Position numbers and translations under genes: made by a program. From Octopus sinensis (taxonomy: Eukaryota): a stretch of DNA of 64,000 nucleotides. Of this stretch, positions 1-12,990 are shown in pieces (positions within the stretch are counted from its first letter, which is position 1; every line of letters begins with the position of its first letter). Under the pieces are notes generated by a model. The model made no database searches and was not told the DNA's origin. It saw only the letters and a program-made list of their open reading frames with translations. The stretch covers positions 27,156,001 to 27,220,000 of the forward strand of contig NC_043010.1 in the NCBI RefSeq assembly GCF_006345805.1, in the 5' to 3' direction.

Positions 1-959
1 GGAATTTTCCATTGGTGTCGGGCGTATACACGCATCATATCTTAGGCTGTTGGTTTGGGACTTTGATATACTGGTACGTAACTAGTTTGGGTCTATATTT
101 AGTATACGGTGTTTACTTTTGGATAAGTATGTGTATATATATTTACTTATATTTTGTGTGTATGTGTATGTATATGTATATATATGTAAATGTATATGTT
201 TATGTGTAGGTGTATGTGTTGGTCTACACATGCATGTGTATACTTACGTGGATTTATGTGATTGTATATGTATATATATCTTCCTTGTGAGTCTTCCCAT
301 GTATTTGTTTGGTAGTCTTAAATACTAAGTTCTCTATGTATATATCTATATTTGTACTTTTTATTATTATTTTTATTATTATTATTTCCTTTTTTCTTTT
401 TGTATTTTTGTATTTTTTACTATTTATTTATTTTTTTGATTACTGGCACTTATTAATTTAGAATTAATTTATATCTTACATTTTATATTTAATAATAGTT
501 TATGTTAACATATAAATGTATATGTTCTTCTGTTGTTTGGTTATGCATGAATGTATGTATATGCAAAGCTGTGGGCAGGCATGTATATCTGTAATTTCGA
601 ACGGGTATGTTGGGTATGTCTACATATGTTCATGTGTATATTTATATATATATATATATATATATTCACTGGTGGATATGTATGTATATGTTTTTTATAT
701 ATATATGTATATATATGACTGTGTATATATGTGTATACAAATGTTTGCGGATACAATTTGGTGTAGTTCCCCACACCTGTATATATATGGTTTTTGTATG
801 TATATTGTAATTCTATCTGTATGTATATCTGCGTACGTTTATATGTATATTCATGCTTTTATGGGTAATTTTGCGCTAGTGTATATATGTATATTGTGGT
901 GTGCGGGTGTGTGTGTGTATGTGTGTGTGTATATATGTTGGTGCAGTTTTCCCATACCT

Positions 960-1140
960 GTGCATGTTCATTGGCGGAGGTTTGAGTGGGAACACATTTG
1001 AAAGTGTTGATATCTGGACGGTTTCGTAGTATTAGGATTGTTTACGAAATATGCGATGTAATTTTTAATTATGTATCTTATGCAAATAACGTACATCATC
1101 TTTGCACTTATTATGGCAAATCTGTGTGTTGAGTTTATAC
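960..1140 (-). pseudogene. Very degraded Penelope-like GIY-YIG endonuclease relic (tentative)
   Basis: Minus-strand translation gives MYVICIRYIIKNYIAY and, after a frame change, PTQTSANEHAQVW. These loosely resemble the PLE IYVITC..NYIG and H motifs. The match is weak. Confidence 0.3.
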
Positions 1141-1407
1141 CCTTCTTATAAATTTTATCTGAATATTTTCCAACCTTTGCCTTTCATTAACCCTTAAGTT
1201 TTTCTACCCTTTTAGGCCCCTCTTTTTCGTATATTACGAATTACCCTTCCAACCCTTTAGTTGTATTAACATTTAATATTATCCTAATTTTATGATTCTT
1301 AATACTATTTTAGTTAACACTATGTATTTGTATGTATATATATATATACATATATTCAGTGCGTGACTTTTGGGTATATGTATTTGTTTATACACACACA
1401 CCCCACA

Positions 1408-1440
<33 letters not shown>

Positions 1441-2354
1441 ATATATAATATTATATATATATATAATATATATACGTGAGTAGTTATGTATGTAGCATGT
1501 ATGTGTGTATGTAAGCTTGTATTTTCTGTATTTAGGTTTATCCATGTATGTATGTGTAAGCGCGTAAGCGCACATATACGTGTGTATGTATGTAAGTATT
1601 TCTTAATAAACCAACCGTTAAGAAGACAATTGAAATTCAAATGTGCCAACCAATCGTATTAAGCTTTCGATCTTAAACTACTTCTAAACTTACTACTTAA
1701 TATATATCACCGTCAAAAACTCTGACTAGTATGCGTTTATATGCGTGTGCGTTTATATGCGTGTACACTTCTGGATTTTGCTATGATGTAAATCAATATT
1801 TTTCATTTTATATGTATTTGCTGATCTATAATGTTTTGCATTGTACTGTATTATTATTGTTGTTATATTTATTATGTTGCTATTTCACTATATTATGCTG
1901 TTGATGTATTCTACCTGATTTTTTCCACATAATATGTACTGTGAACCGCGTGATGCACATATTGTTTTACTGGTATTATTATTATTATTAATAATAATAA
2001 TAATACTATTAATAACAATAGTGGTAACGGTAATAATAATGATAGTAATATTAATAGCATTTTGTAACTTAATATAATGAACTCTTGACTTTGTATATGT
2101 ACTTTTGCATATAGATATGTGTATGTTTATATATTGTAATATTTTGATTTGACTAACTGTAACCTTGAATATAGAATATTTGTATGTATATTATGATATA
2201 TTATTATGTATATGTGTATATATATATAGGAGCATGGGTATATGCACTCATATGTATGTGTATATTATATATTATACATTATATATTATGGGTATGTACC
2301 CACTCTTGTATGGGTGTACCGCCTCTGATATTCATATTTAGATTGTACTTTATA

Positions 2355-2481
2355 ATCTCTGAAGAGGCCTTGGGATATGTTTGTAAGTGGCTCATTTATA
2401 ATCACATATTAATTTATCACACCTGGCTAATATGAGCATAATGAGATACCCATATTTACATGTCTGAAACAGCTGTAAGAT
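2355..2481 (+). ncRNA. Type I hammerhead ribozyme motif with long stem-II insert (family H1)
   Basis: ATCT | CTGAAGA (2359-65) | AGGC-like...GTCT stem II with ~95-nt insert | GAAAC (2466-70) AGCT GTA (2475-77) | AGAT, with stem I ATCT/AGAT. The surrounding ~300 bp aligns with the reverse complement of 35160-35481. Confidence 0.7.
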
Positions 2482-2725
2482 GTAGTTTATATTTATATTT
2501 ATTTATATTTACTTATGCATATTGTACTTTTTGTATCATATAACTCATTGATGTGCATTGTTTTGTTCTGTACTATTATGTTTGACCTTGATGTTCATAT
2601 GTAGTGGGTTAATAAATTATGTGATTGGGTGTTATCTGGTAGTTGATTATTGATTAAGGTGTATTTCTCCATTTTCTTATTTTGTATTATATATATATAT
2701 ATACACATATATATACATACATATG

Positions 2726-2812
<87 letters not shown>

Positions 2813-2961
2813 ACACACACACGCTAACATATTCAAGCAGGACTCACAAACTTCAGTGGTTGTTGTATGAGCTTGCAGCCATCTTGTTTGTTAGCTGGCG
2901 AGATGTATCCTTATTTATCAGAATTATATGCACTGTTTGTATGTATGAGCGTGTAATATAT

Positions 2962-3024
<63 letters not shown>

Positions 3025-3139
3025 CGTATTGGATGCATGTATGCTATGAATATCGTATAACGAAGACCTGGTCATATTTATGAGACAAAAACTCGGGAAG
3101 ATCTTCGCATAAGAGAAAAGAAAGTAAAAAAAATGTAAT

Positions 3140-3345
3140 GTTTAATAATCCTTTTTAGTATAGGCACAAGGCCTGAAATTTTGGGGGAGGGGACTAGTCG
3201 ATTACATTGACCCCAGTGTTTCACTGGTACTTAATTTATCGACCCCGAAAAGATGAAAGATAAAGTCGACCTCGGCGGAATTTGAATCCAGATCGTAGCT
3301 AAGTATTTTGTCCAGCGTGCGAACGATTCTGCCAGCTCGCCGCCT
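3140..3345 (-). mobile_element. tRNA-derived SINE family B
   Basis: The reverse complement starts GGCGGCGAGCTGGCAGAATCGTT and contains the family core GGTCGACTTT..CTTTCATC..TTCGGGGTCGATAAATTAAGTACCAG, which recurs more than 15 times in the window. Confidence 0.85.
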
Positions 3346-3351
3346 TTTGAA

Positions 3352-3724
3352 AAATAAAGACTACTAAAAGATGAAACTGGAAGAATGTAGACAATGAGAG
3401 AGTCTGTCATTCCATTAGTTGTAGGGGCGCTCGAATCACTGACAACCAAGTTCACGAAATATGTCAAAGAAATCGGAATTGACACAGAGCAAAGCAAACC
3501 CTAAAAAACCGCTCTGCTGGGGACAGCTGGGATTTTGAGATTGGTACTTGGATGTTGAATGTCTCCCACGATAATTAACAACCGAGTATCAAAGTTTGTA
3601 ATGTGCGGAATGAGACCCTGTGAGACCTCTGACAGCAGGCTGCTGTCCGCCCTCGCAGAATCTACCTGAACAAACAAGACCGAGTGTTTTGAGAAGTAAA
3701 ACAACAACAGCAATAATAATAATG

Positions 3725-3763
<39 letters not shown>

Positions 3764-3778
3764 TTAATAATAATAATG
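3352..3778 (+). mobile_element. 3' end of an R4/Dong-like (RLE-type) non-LTR retrotransposon with (TAA)n tail
   Basis: Frame from 3361: LLKDETGRM*TMRESVIPLVVGALESLTTKFTKYVKEIGIDTEQSKP*KTALLGTAGILRLVLGC* (stop 3556-58). This is the typical VIPxVVGALG...QKTALLGTARILR C-terminus. A short UTR and a (TAA)n tail follow. Confidence 0.8.
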
Positions 3779-4107
3779 CAGTACCAGGCACTAGCTTTTA
3801 TGGCTTTTGGTCTTGGTGTAAAAGATGTGCTACAATAAATTTTCTGCCCAATACCACAGATTTGCTTGTCATTTGCTTGACCTTAACCAGTTGAGCATGT
3901 CTCTTAATGGCTGACAATATGTGCATCTCCGATCATGAACAGAAGTAGTTGGGGAGCATCATAGCCATGTATTGAAACAAATTCTTTGGGGTTTGAATAA
4001 TACACTTATGGTGTTCATGACATAATAGTGAGGATCTGATCAATGACTGCAATTAAAATAAAGTAGGAGAAAACTTTTCAAATATTAATGAAACGGAAGT
4101 ATACCAA

Positions 4108-4470
4108 AACAAGAGCACTCAGGGAGTGAAAACCTTCGCCAAGGCAACACCTTCATCCTCACATCGATTAGCCGGAGCTAAGTTTTAAAATGAGAATATC
4201 TGAAATAAACTCGACTGCTCTCACAAACGAGAATACGAAAAATGAACCCGACTGCTCTCAAAAATAGAGTAAAAAAACAGGAAAAATAATCCAGAATCCT
4301 TGTCTAGTACCAGATCGATCCCAAAATCTAATCAGTCACGAGGCTAAACATGCCTGAAAGTTTCATCCGAATCCATCGAACGGTTCTTGAGATATCTTGT
4401 CCACGGACAGACAAACAAACAAACACGACTGAAAACAATACCTCCGCCATCGATAGGGTGGAGGTAATAA
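4108..4470 (+). mobile_element. Helentron-associated non-autonomous element (HINE/DINE-1/pearl-like)
   Basis: 5' subterminal motif CCTTCGCC (4133-40), internal (ACAA)n microsatellite, 3' hairpin TACCTCCGCC-ATCGATAG-GGTGGAGGTA (4439-4466), A-rich ends. Confidence 0.6.
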
Positions 4471-5007
4471 ACAGTATTTTCCATCTTACAAATAGTTTGG
4501 TTTTATTTTGAAAAAAAAAAAATTGTATGGTTTATTATTCTTTATATTTTGAATTACATATATACAAGGGCACCAAAATCTTTTAAGTGCTTACAGCCTC
4601 TGTGAGTGTTAATCTGGCCCTCCACACACGTATACGTATATTCTATAATTCTTTAGTTTTCTTTAACCATCAAGAATTTCAAGCATTTTCAAACTCGAAT
4701 ATTCTGTGTTTTTGTGTCGTTCCTGTGTGTTTAGGACAAAGGAATAGGGATTATATTGTCAACTTAATTAGTTTACAGTTGTTTCTTTTACAAGAAGCAA
4801 TGTATTTAGAGCTGAGAGCTTGTGCATCATGTTAAAACTTCCCCGGAGCCTTTATAATGAAGTTGATTGCGTAACTGTCATTCTCCTGTCATTCCATTTC
4901 GTACTTTGCTCTGTACTCGCTTAATGCAGTATTTGAGGCAGGCATATCTTGAGTTTAACTATTTTAACAACAAGTTCTATTGCTATGCCTAAATGAAATC
5001 ATTATAT

Positions 5008-5072
<65 letters not shown>

Positions 5073-5093
5073 CACACACACACACACATATAT

Positions 5094-5378
5094 GCGCAGG
5101 AGTGGTTGTGTGGTAAGTAGCTTGCTTCCCATCCACATGGTTCCGGGTTCAGTCCCACTGCATGGCACCTTGAGCAAGTGTCTTCTACTATATGTTTGGC
5201 TCGAGCCGACTAGAGCCTTGTGAGTGGATTTGGTAGACGGAAACTGAAAGAAGCTCGTTGTATATATATATATATACATATATATGTTTGTGTATCTGTG
5301 CTTGTTCCCCCAACATCGTTTGACAACCGATGCTGGTCTGTTTACGCCCCCGTAACTTAGCAGTTCAGCAAAGAATGA
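5094..5378 (+). mobile_element. tRNA-derived SINE family A (head, central domain, internal microsatellite; 3' truncated)
   Basis: Head GCAGGAGTGGTTGTGTGGTAAG...GGTTCAGTCCC with A/B-box-like motifs. Central GCCTTGTGAGTGGATTTGGTAGACGGAAACTGAAAGAAGC, which I recall resembles the Meta-SINE domain (unverified). Confidence 0.85.
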
Positions 5379-5385
5379 AAGAACA

Positions 5386-5432
<47 letters not shown>

Positions 5433-5577
5433 GGAGTAAGCACATAAATGTGGAACAAGGTGGAAAAAAGAGTATTCAAATACCAGAGGTACAGTAATAT
5501 GCTTTATTTAAAAGCAGCAGAAATATAACAAAAGCTGTTTCTCAGAGTTTTACGTTCTCCTACGTCGCACAGCTTTG

Positions 5578-5617
<40 letters not shown>

Positions 5618-5716
5618 TTATATATATTCAATATTTATTTTTTATTTTTATATTTATATATATATATATTCAATATTTATTTTATATTTTTATATTTATA
5701 TATATATATATATACA

Positions 5717-6017
5717 TCACCGTGACCGACCAGGCTATCAGATGTTACTACACATCGCTGGTCACAATGCGCTTCGCATTGTTTTAGCCTTCAAATGACG
5801 CCACCCCGCGGGCTAAGCGAGCAGGCCAACAGAAGAAAGAGTGAGGGAGAGTTGTGGCGAAAGAGTACAGCAGGGACCGCCACCAGCCCCTGCCGGAGCC
5901 TCGTGGAGCTTTAGGTGTTTTCGGTCAATAAACACTCACAACGCCCGGTCTGGGAATCGAAACCGCGATCGTACGACCGCGAGTCTGCTGCCCCAACCAC
6001 TGGGCTATTGCGCCTCC
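5717..6017 (-). mobile_element. tRNA-derived SINE family C
   Basis: Minus-strand head GGAGGCGCAATAGCCCAGTGG...GGTTTCGATTCCC, shared with 9305-9608 and 19480-19858; the body is also shared with 12410-12545. Confidence 0.8.
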
Positions 6018-7020
6018 ATATATATATATATATATCGCAGTGCATTCTCAGTTAAGAGTGTCTGTCGTGCTGCTCTGGCGAAACTTCGTAGTGATAGTTA
6101 CTATATATATTCGACATTACACATTCTATTCAAGGCCTTTGTCACCCGGTGTATTTAAGGCCACTTATCTTATAAACGCAAGCATGGAATGAGTGCGTAA
6201 CTCAATACACACATATATGTATTCATATCTAAACACATACACGCATGTATGCATTACACACACACACACACATGCATAAATACATACATACATACAAATG
6301 CAAAAATACATGTATATTCATATATCCATATGAGAGAAAGCTGATCAGTTTTCTCGTCATTCAGTATGTAATCCCCCACGTGACTAGGGCAATCTCAGCG
6401 TAAATCAACTTCTCAACAAAGCTACATTGACATCATCAATGTTAATCTGATCAACTCCAATCGAACCACTGTTCAGCCATGTTGACTTAATATTTCAGTG
6501 AAAAAATATTTAATGTTTAATAAATTGTTTATGTTTAAAACCTATTTTAGTCACGCGTTAAAAGTAATATGGCGTTTGTGCGCGCACGCGTGACGCGGCG
6601 TGTGTATGGGTGTGTATACACACACATATATATATGTATACACACACAGAGATTTATATGTATATATATATCTATATATACATATATATACATGCATATA
6701 TATACATGCATATATATACATATATATACATGCATATATATACATATATACATATATATCTATATATACATATATAAAAAGACACACAAATTTATACACA
6801 CACACTCACACACTCACACACATATATATATGCACATGTACATATATACATATATGTATATTATGCATGAACATATATATATATACATATATACATATAT
6901 ATATATGTATATATATATATACATATACATATATATACATACGCATGTAAATATATGTATATTTATATATATATATACAATATATATATGTATACACACA
7001 TATATACACATGTATATATC

Positions 7021-7059
<39 letters not shown>

Positions 7060-7286
7060 TATATATATATACGCACACATATAATGCCCATACATCTGCA
7101 CACTTGTAGCTACATTAATTATATTCACACCGTCAAATGTATTTATCTACAAACACCTAATAAAGCAACACTGCAGCTCCATAATCCAAATAAAAGGTTT
7201 GCGTGAAATGTGTGTGTGTGTGTGTGTGGGGGGGGGGGGAGATTGCATAAATGAATAACGAGGTTCAAATCCCAGCTGGGACTACA

Positions 7287-7333
<47 letters not shown>

Positions 7334-7449
7334 TTCTCTCCACATTAGCAAATATCGCTGATGGAGTCAAGAAGTGATAATTGACACAGTGTCACAAGTC
7401 TCTAGTCTACCACCATCACACCAAACTCTACTCTGACTGCCACCTTCTA

Positions 7450-7509
<60 letters not shown>

Positions 7510-7663
7510 GCTACTACTCACCACCATAACTACTACTGCTACTCTCAGGGCCACTACCATCTCTACTACTATAATCACTATAATCACTACAACCACCACA
7601 ACAACCATCACACCTACCACCACCAGCACCACTTCTACCAACACATCCACTCATCCACTACTA

Positions 7664-7741
<78 letters not shown>

Positions 7742-7745
7742 AACC
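7450..7745. repeat. (ACT)n/(CCA)n/(CTG)n trinucleotide microsatellite complex
   Basis: Directly visible; it explains the poly-T/poly-L/poly-S ORFs. Confidence 0.95.
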
Positions 7746-8084
7746 TCTACTACTGTTGCAATCTATTAACCATACAACTAAATAATTACCCCACCGGCGC
7801 CACCATCACCACCACCATGGACCAGCGAGGGAGCCTTTGCTCGGTCTCTCAACATGTTACATTTCATGTACTGAGTTCAAAGCAGCATAAAACATATCCT
7901 AAATAAATTCCTTCGAAACATAATCGCCATTGTTGGCAGTGACAATTTATTACTCTTGAAACCATATCTTTTATCTCTTGGGCAAAAAAAAGAAAGAAAG
8001 AAAGAAGGAAAGGAAAGTCAGATTCATTAGGAGAGAGAGAAAGGTAAAGCTTCCCAACCAAATGAATTTCTCTTTCCTTGCTTT

Positions 8085-8420
8085 ATCATCGTTGAACGTA
8101 GTCTTGCATTATCATGTTGCTGGATGAGGCACCCACTTTCTTTCTCTGTACACTCCACGACTGCTTGAGATGATCTTGCACGGAGAAACAAGAAACAAGG
8201 TTTATCAAAGCTCCGGAATATGTCTCCGACAATTTGATGCGATTTCTCTTCAACTGTTGTCATTATTTGAAAACAGTTGGTCTTCTTGATCGATAACTAT
8301 CCAAAAGATCGAAGTTACCATCACCATTTTTGAATCCGTTAAACCACCTTTTGCATTTCCAAACACTCACGATATACAGCATATACGTTTGCCCATCCAC
8401 GTATTGTATTGCTGCCCTTA
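8085..8420 (-). pseudogene. Internally deleted mariner (DD34D-type) transposase relic
   Basis: WKCKRWFNGFKNGDGNFDLLDSYRSRRP resembles the mariner RWF.RF..GDF.L.D..RSGRP motif, and LIQQHDNAR resembles LLHDNARPH. The intervening domain is missing. Confidence 0.65.
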
Positions 8421-8867
8421 AGGAATTCGCAAGGCATTCAATGGTGAATACGCAGCTCACTAAAGTCCTTGTTTTCCAAGGGATATAAGCCAGAGAATAT
8501 TCACACAAAGCACGTGACCACATTAACGTTTGGTCATTAACCTTATGTTGATTGGTTGACTGCAAAGATACTTTGCATTGGCTCGTAAACTATTCGTGGT
8601 ATGACGTTAGAGTATTACGTCATTACTTTTTGGTTTCCCTTACAACAATACTGTTCAGTTCCCCTTATATATTACATGATATCTGCTTTATTTTGCTGGA
8701 TGGTAGTCCATGATCACTCGTGCGACCAGCTGGTATTTGCTCCCGACTTTGTCTCTTTGTTCTGCTGTGTTTTTTGTCCACTTACAAAGTACACTATTCC
8801 CTCAGAATTGATTGGGTATGTCTGTAAAATGACATTCTTGTGCAACTTCCACATGAAGTTTGTAAGA

Positions 8868-8989
8868 GGTTTGCGTACCAAACATAGATTCAGGTTCAAT
8901 CCCACTGAGTAGTACCTTGGGCCAGTGACTTCCACTATAGTTCCGGGCTTTGGGAGTTGATTTGGTTGATAATAAGTGACAAAAGCCCG

Positions 8990-9031
<42 letters not shown>

Positions 9032-9235
9032 CTCCCCACCGCTTGACAACCAACGCTGGTTTGGTTACGCCCTCATAACATAGCGGTTCGGAAAAGGTAA
9101 CATTAGAATAAATACCAGACTATTTTCAAAAAAAAAAAAAAAAAAATTAAGCCCCGGGTTGGATTTGTTCGGCTAAAACCTTAAAGGCGGTGCCCCAGCT
9201 TGGCTGCAGTCTAATGACTGAAACAAGCAAAAGGT
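8868..9235 (+). mobile_element. SINE family A, diverged, with tail
   Basis: GGTTCAATCCCACTG head remnant, (GT)n, and tail GGCGGTGCCCCAGCTTGGCTGCAGTCTAATGACTGAAACAAG. Confidence 0.75.
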
Positions 9236-9304
9236 TAGAGATAAAATGCGCTGTTACGGACGAAGTTTGAACTTAAACGCACTTTTTATTTATTTATTTA
9301 TGCG

Positions 9305-9608
9305 CCCTTTTCAAGCCTAGCCAGGCTCATGGGCCCAGTTTCCCGGTTTCTATGGCGTATGAGTTCCCCCCAGCTGGACGGGACGCCAGTCAATCGCAAT
9401 GTCAGCTTAAGAAACAGGAAGAAAGAGTGCAGATTCTAGCAAGTTGGGGTGAAGGAGTACAACAGGGGTCGCCACCACCCCTGCTGAAGCCTCGTAGAGC
9501 TTTTAGGTGTTTCCGCTCAATAAACACATACAACGCCCGGTCTGGGAATTGAAACCATGATCCTCCGATCGCGATTCCGCTGCCCTAACCACTGGACCAT
9601 TGCGCCTC
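9305..9608 (-). mobile_element. SINE family C with a different 3' module
   Basis: Same head and body as 5717-6017, but the 3' part reads TGCGATTGACTGGCGTCCCGTCCAGCTGGGGG on the minus strand. Confidence 0.75.
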
Positions 9609-9957
9609 TACTAAACGCACTTTACTGAGCAACAAGTATTTTACGAAGTAGAGGTGAAAGATTTATATAATCAATTGTTTCTATGCGCATGCGTGCAATT
9701 TCATACGATTAGCTTAAGCCTGCATTTGTAAGCCATATTCGTATTTGCAGGTATCACGCTGATTCAAGTCCTGCATCTCAACAAGATTCAGCATGGTGCC
9801 GTTATCCAAGGCAGATTCTAGCAAGTTCGGCTTCTTTAATCTCCTTCATCTCAAGCATGTTATGTCCTTTCACGATTCTAATTTATCGCAAGACATTTTA
9901 ATCATTGACGCTTTTGTTCAAAAAGTCTCGACGCAGTGAATTTTTTTCACACGGTCC

Positions 9958-10056
9958 ATACCGAGTCAGACTCTCCAAGATGTGTTTCAAAACGTGTGTA
10001 GCAGAGTCAACTTAGCTATTGAAAATGAAGGACGACACTTTCAGCATCTCTTATAA
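9958..10056 (+). pseudogene. C-terminal fragment of a Tc1/mariner transposase
   Basis: IPSQTLQDVFQNVCSRVNLAIENEGRHFQHLL* resembles the common Tc1/mariner ending R..LCI...GGHFEHLL. Confidence 0.6.
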
Positions 10057-10510
10057 AGGTTTTTAAAGTCGTGTAAAGTCTCATATATTCTTTTGTAGTC
10101 TTATACCGTAAATATTTATTTTGCAATAAAATACTTACTGCGGAAAGACCTTTTGAACACACTGTATACTTATGAATTTGTGTTTTAAGATTCCTGATGT
10201 GAAGTCGTGTGTTGAAACTGATATTGTTGAATTTCGGGAAGGTCACTTTTTTTACTTTTGTCACACGAAAGCGGAAAGTGCCGAAAGATTTCACGGACAT
10301 ATGTTAGAATAAGAACAGTAATACATGAGTTAAGAACGAATATGTCGTGCGTGTGTCTATTTGGCAAAAAAAAACGACCGTCCCGAAATACAAGAATATA
10401 TATATATATATAGTTAATCCGAACAAGAAAGCACAAAAAAACACAACAACGCGAGGACGTGGAACAAATATAGTATTATTAGACGCTCAGGAAAGAAGGA
10501 AAGAAGGAGG

Positions 10511-10545
10511 GTTTAACGTTTCGAGCGGAGCTCTTCGTCGGAAAC
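10511..10545 (-). ncRNA. Minimal type I hammerhead motif with U4C core (CCGACGA)
   Basis: Minus strand GTTT CCGACGA A GAGC TCC GCTC GAAAC GTT AAAC. Stem I is GTTT/AAAC, stem II is GAGC/GCTC, and stem III is the loopless palindrome AACGTT. It lies in a ~10400-10620 PLE-LTR-like repeat. Confidence 0.65.
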
Positions 10546-10619
10546 ATAGGAGAAGGAAAGATCCAGAGAAGGGAAGTCAGAGGAAAAAAAAAATCGCCAA
10601 CGGTACACACGAGGTCATA

Positions 10620-11940
10620 GTGAATAAATTGTCGTCTAAATTATGCAAAAACGAAAATAACACAGACATCCCATTTTAACAGATATATTTACCAAAATTA
10701 CATTAAAATATCTTGAAATACTAAAGAGTAAATTTATTCAATAAAACCGCCATTAGCTTCAACCACAGCTTCCAGACGACTTCGGAATCTCTTGCAGCTC
10801 TTCTGGACAGGCTCCTTGTTTAAGTTGGTGAATACTCCCATAATCCTTGCCTTCAGTTCATCTTTGGTGTTACAAGGAGTTTTGTTGGTCTCTCGCCCAA
10901 CTGTGCCCCACACATAATAATTAAGAGGATTGCAGTCTGGAGAGTTAAGTGGCCAGGTGTTAGGGGGGTGATGTGGTCGCAGAAATTGTCAGACAGACAT
11001 GACTGGGTTCTTCTGCTTGTGTGGCATGGTGCAGAGTCCTGTTGCCAGACATAGGGTCTTCCAGCAGTCACCCTCTTGACCCTGGGCAGCACTACTTCCT
11101 CCAGGCACTTGATGTAGGCCTCCGTGTTGAGTCTGAGGCCGTGTGGGAATATGAATGTAGGCATAACGTCGCCTTAACTAGTGATCACTCCAAACACCAT
11201 GATGTTGACAGGGTGTTTGATTTTTATTTCTCTCGGAACATGTTTTGGGGATACGGCAAGCCAACAGTTCTGTGTATTCCCTATCTGATCCTGCCAGAAA
11301 TTTTTCTCGTCTCAAAAAAACCAAAGCACGTTCGGTTGGAGGGGATGCTTGAGTTTTTTCAGAAGCTTCGTAGCGAGGTCTTTTCTCTTGTCCTTGATGG
11401 CTTGGGATAAAAATTGGCCCTATCTCATCTTGTATGATGAATACCGAATGTCTTCATGCTCTACCCGCCTGATAAGAAACTCAGACACTTCCATGTCCCT
11501 GGTGATGGACCTGATTGATTTGGAGGTATCGTTGTCAATCATGCCCTGGATCTCACCAAGGAACTCAAGAGTTCTTTTCTTATCAGAACGATCAGAGAGA
11601 GTTCTCCGAGCTGCCATATCTTCGTAATCCCCATTAGACTCATCCAGCTCTCTCCGAATCCTCTGCATTGAGCTCAGATTGACACCCAAACACTCTGAAA
11701 TATTAGTTTTGGAGCCTCCGGCGCGAATGCCAAGCAGTACAGCATGTCGTTTCCAAATTTCTGGCAGAGTGAATTGCGTCATGGTGCTGTTTTTCTTAAA
11801 CATGGTGCTCAACTGACCCTACTGTACTGTGTAGTCGCCAAAAAAGAAACAAACAAACAAAAAGGCGCATGCGCGAAATAAAAAATAAAAAATGGCTACA
11901 ATTTATCTATCGCAAAAGAAAAAATGACCATCCTGAAATA
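10620..11940 (-). mobile_element. maT-type (DD37D) Tc1/mariner DNA transposon, defective
   Basis: HTH ORF 11420-11812, then WFF*DEKNF, VWQQDSAPCHT and WPLNSPDCNPLNYYVWG...EANGGFIE* (stop 10734-36). There are 37 residues between D2 and the third catalytic position, which is N here. Contains stops and a frameshift in a C6 run. Confidence 0.85.
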
Positions 11941-12409
11941 CAACAACATCTGTTTCAGCACACAATTTCACATCAAATTGTGTGTGTGTGCGTGGGGGGG
12001 GGGTAGGTGTATGTATGTGTGTGTGTGTGTGTGTGTGTAGACATACATACACATACATCTGTATTATTCAATAAAGTTTAATATATTAGTGGTACCCAGT
12101 GTTGCCCTGCAGGAGACACGTACATATCTATATATGTACAATATACATACGTATATATATATATACACACACACACATATATACAGTAGCGCACACGAAT
12201 ATACACACGCATATATATATACATATAATATATATACATTTATATACACATACATATATATTCTTAAGCTACCATATATGGAGATAGATGTGTATGTGTA
12301 TGTATACACAAGCACACACTGACGCATACACACATACATACATATATACATACATGCATACATACATACATAATACATACATACATACATACATACATAC
12401 ATACATGTG

Positions 12410-12545
12410 TGTTTATTGAGCGAAAAACACCTAAAAGCTCCACGAGGCTCCGGCAGGAGGTGGTGATCCCTGCTGTACTCTTTCACCATTCTAAAAGGCG
12501 GTGCTCCAGCATGGCCGCAGTCAAATGACTGAAACAAGTACAAAA
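12410..12545 (+). mobile_element. Chimeric SINE: family C body joined to the family A/LINE-type tail
   Basis: AACACCTAAAAGCTCCACGAGGCTCCGGCAGG...CTCTTTCACC is followed by GGCGGTGCTCCAGCATGGCCGCAGTCAAATGACTGAAACAAG (12497-12538). Confidence 0.75.
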
Positions 12546-12713
12546 AAAAAATACATACATACATACATAGTGTGAGTGGGGGAGTGGAGCAGTGTACAGT
12601 ATGCATGTGTATAGCATATGTATATTTATAATAAGACATATATAGACACGTTATATAGCATAAAAAATCTCTCCCCACCTCTCTGCTTCTTTCTCTCTCA
12701 CACACTATATAAA

Positions 12714-12744
<31 letters not shown>

Positions 12745-12770
12745 TAAAGGTTACAATAGATGTATTAAAG

Positions 12771-12823
12771 TGAATACTAATAGTTTCATATGGTAAGAGA
12801 ACTCAAGCATATTCTTTAGGCTT
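12771..12823 (-). ncRNA. Decayed hammerhead motif downstream of a PLE endonuclease
   Basis: Minus strand CTAAAGA ATATG...CATAT GAAAC TATTA GTA. Stem II is perfect, the core has G5A, and stem I is lost. Confidence 0.45.
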
Positions 12824-12990
12824 GATATCATAACGAACTAAAAAATTGAATAGAAGAAACGCTATAAAACTAAGAAGGCAGCATATAGAAAATGCAGACA
12901 GTAAGCAACGGAAAACGAAACTAAAATGTCAAAAAGTAAAAAGTGCTATCCTCTTTAGGCCTTAAATGATAAGGCTGGAAAGATATCAAG

